This document shows positions 38,935 to 40,734 of a stretch of 40,734 nt of DNA, piece after piece. Each line of letters opens with the position of its first letter. Position 1 is the stretch's first letter. This DNA is from Candidatus Woesearchaeota archaeon (GTDB lineage Archaea > Nanobdellota > Nanobdellia > Pacearchaeales > GW2011-AR1): NCBI GenBank assembly GCA_964383885.1, contig CAYLHY010000001.1, positions 1 to 40,734 of the forward strand. Reading direction: 5' to 3'. The notes under the pieces are model-generated. The model was not told the DNA's origin and did no database searches. It saw nothing but the letters and a program-made list of their open reading frames with translations. The position numbers and the translations under genes were made by a program.

Positions 38935-40734
38935 TTAATCTAGTGGTTTTATTATTGCTGAACATTTATTAGGAGCAGGCCTGTTTCCGTATTCATCCTG
39001 ACATTTAATATAGAATTTTGTCTTAGTGCTCCAAGTTGTGAAATGACTGTTTTCTTCTCCTGATGTCATTGGCAAGCCATCTTCAAATAAATATCCGCAA
39101 TCCTGAACATCATAGACGCATTTTGCAGGTTCATTTGTAATTATTTTTAGATAATTTTCTTCTTTATAAGCTCTTGTTATAATTGGAGGTTCTGAATCAG
39201 ATTCAACTTCAAAGCTGATTTTTTTAGTGTCTGAATTTCCTCCAACATCCACACATCTTATGTAATATTCATACTCTCCTTCTGGAAGATACAAGTCTGT
39301 AGAGTGAGTGTAAGAAGCTGTGTTGAAAAATTCTATGTTAATGTTATTTTCATCTTCTCCATAATAGCATATAGATTCTCCTTCATTGTATCCTGCAGAA
39401 GTTTCAACTTTCAATGTTACTTTTACAGATTCAGTTGAATCTTTTATAGTTGTGTCGTTTGGTTCTACGCTGTCTATATATAACGGCCTTGTTCCTATTA
39501 TTGTGAATTCATAAGACTCTGAATTAGTATTTCTCTGACTTTCTGAATTTGTTCCTTCTAATTGAGGCTGATCCTTGCATCTAAAGTAAAATTTGTTTTC
39601 TTGATTGTCTTTTATTCCTGTAAGAGTGGTTTTGCAGACATAGACATTTCGGTTATTTACAATTCTGAAGTCTCCTATATTTTGAGCATCAGAACAATCC
39701 ATTTCATTTGGCATGTTTTCATAGCTTTCATCATTTGTACTCCATTTGCAATTACTTGGTTCATTTATGTAGAGTTCTAAATCAAGAGTATCTTGATTAA
39801 ATGAAATAGGAACATTATTCCTTATGTTAGTTCCAACAATAAGAGGTGGAGTTGTATCTGGACCAGGGTCTACGCAGTATTTAAATACAAAATTAGCTTC
39901 ATTAGAATTACCATTTGCATCTTGACATTTAATGTAGATTGTTTCTTGTCCATTGTTTCTTAATACTAATCCTTCACTTCTTGTATTATTTGGTCCAGGA
40001 AGACTCATTGTTATTGAATGATTATATTTGAAGTTGCCTCCTCCAAGGTCAAACCTCATTTCATCAAAACTTCTTTTTCTAAAATAATCTGCTTTACATT
40101 TTGCAGGTTCATCTAATTTTATTCCAAATCTTAGAGGAGTGAATGCAGGAGCACATCCATCTCCTGAACGAGAATTTTCATAAACAACTATGACTCCTCT
40201 GTCAGGAGGAGAGACTGCATTATCAGGAGTATAAGAATATCCATCTAATAAAAATTCTGGATTAGCTTCAATTACAGGAGGTTTAACGTCATTAGGATTA
40301 ATCCAGACACACATTGCTTCCCCAGAAGCTTCATCGTTTAATAATTCACATGCTTGTCCAAGACTCTTACACTGATAAATACTGCATGGAAGTTCTTGTT
40401 TATTGCATAATTCACAGTTTTTTCCTTTAGTTTGAGCTTGCCACGGCTTGCAATCAAATTCTATAATCCTATAATAAACTTCTTCATATTCATGAGCATA
40501 CCAATAAAGAGCAAAAGCCATTCCAATACCAAATCCCCACCACCCAGCAGCTGTAGAACTTTTTCCAAAATATCCTTTCGCAAGGGTGTAGGTAAATTTC
40601 CCCATACCTAACCCCCAACCAGCTGCTTTACTTAGTGCATTTACTTCATTTTCTTCTAATCCCAATGTTGGACCAAGCCATTTAACTGCATAATATCCTG
40701 CAACATACCATTGCACACCTGAGAAAAAAGCATC
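38935..40734 (-). CDS. Large membrane-anchored extracellular protein with a Cys knot and four Cys-framed repeats (N-terminus beyond the window)
   Basis: The reading frame stays open upstream of the track's GTG at 40716 through to base 40734 (DAFFSG-VQWY...), so the gene is edge-truncated. It has Gly/aromatic hydrophobic segments (AAGWWGFGIGMAFALYWYA). A 7-Cys cluster follows (CKPW...CELCNKQELPCSIYQCKSLGQACELL...MCVW). Then four modules, each ending [FY]Y[FI][KR]C.D..GN. Confidence 0.6.
   Translation of the reverse strand, partial: DAFFSGVQWYVAGYYAVKWLGPTLGLEENEVNALSKAAGWGLGMGKFTYTLAKGYFGKSSTAAGWWGFGIGMAFALYWYAHEYEEVYYRIIEFDCKPWQAQTKGKNCELCNKQELPCSIYQCKSLGQACELLNDEASGEAMCVWINPNDVKPPVIEANPEFLLDGYSYTPDNAVSPPDRGVIVVYENSRSGDGCAPAFTPLRFGIKLDEPAKCKADYFRKRSFDEMRFDLGGGNFKYNHSITMSLPGPNNTRSEGLVLRNNGQETIYIKCQDANGNSNEANFVFKYCVDPGPDTTPPLIVGTNIRNNVPISFNQDTLDLELYINEPSNCKWSTNDESYENMPNEMDCSDAQNIGDFRIVNNRNVYVCKTTLTGIKDNQENKFYFRCKDQPQLEGTNSESQRNTNSESYEFTIIGTRPLYIDSVEPNDTTIKDSTESVKVTLKVETSAGYNEGESICYYGEDENNINIEFFNTASYTHSTDLYLPEGEYEYYIRCVDVGGNSDTKKISFEVESDSEPPIITRAYKEENYLKIITNEPAKCVYDVQDCGYLFEDGLPMTSGEENSHFTTWSTKTKFYIKCQDEYGNRPAPNKCSAIIKPLD

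Noticed and set aside
1-40734. Scan for CRISPR arrays, rRNA genes, transposases/IS elements and toxin-antitoxin-like pairs.
   Set aside because: I saw no regularly spaced direct repeats, no rRNA-like G/C-rich long non-coding stretch, and no DDE/HUH/integrase-like motifs in any frame. The only repeats are short coding low-complexity repeats.

Overview
AT-rich archaeal chromosomal window. The gene content points to a reduced DPANN-type genome (Pacearchaeota/Woesearchaeota-like). That lineage call is inference from gene content, not a search result. Genes are tightly packed, with 1-3 nt gaps or small overlaps.

Layout:
- 1-10.3 kb (minus strand): canonical archaeal S10/spc ribosomal-protein supercluster, rpl3 through rps5, 21 genes including SUI1.
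- 10.4-14.4 kb: one unknown protein, an AI-2E permease co-transcribed with AMP phosphorylase, a small ORF, and an intron-containing tRNA-Ser(UGA).
- 14.4-22.0 kb (mostly minus): XPD/DinG-like helicase, rpl1-rpl10(P0)-rpl12(P1), Taw1/TYW1, M50 site-2 protease, rpl40e, aIF5A.
- 22.1-28.4 kb (plus): FKBP, ftsZ, a coupled unknown ORF, secE, spt5, rpl11, tRNA-Pro(UGG), a Zn-ribbon protein, rpl37ae, rpoP, prefoldin beta, sepF, and a short Dph2.
- 28.4-40.7 kb: a cell-envelope island.

The cell-envelope island holds the least explicable material:
- an acidic Ig/CARDB-like surface protein whose tail (TM helix plus basic residues) sits next to a miniature exosortase/archaeosortase-like membrane protein;
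- an S-layer gene with a long leader, followed by two paralogous anchored proteins;
- a wHTH regulator;
- a five-gene minus-strand operon of Cys-containing proteins sharing a KKAQ-plus-hydrophobic N-terminus (type IV pilin / class III signal-like), headed by a large edge-truncated protein with a Cys knot and four repeated Cys-framed modules.

Three real small genes (secE, rpl40e, rpoP) are missing from the supplied ORF track. Many track ORFs are antisense artefacts. I saw no CRISPR array, transposase, integrase or rRNA. All protein calls come from my own motif recognition, with no searches run.
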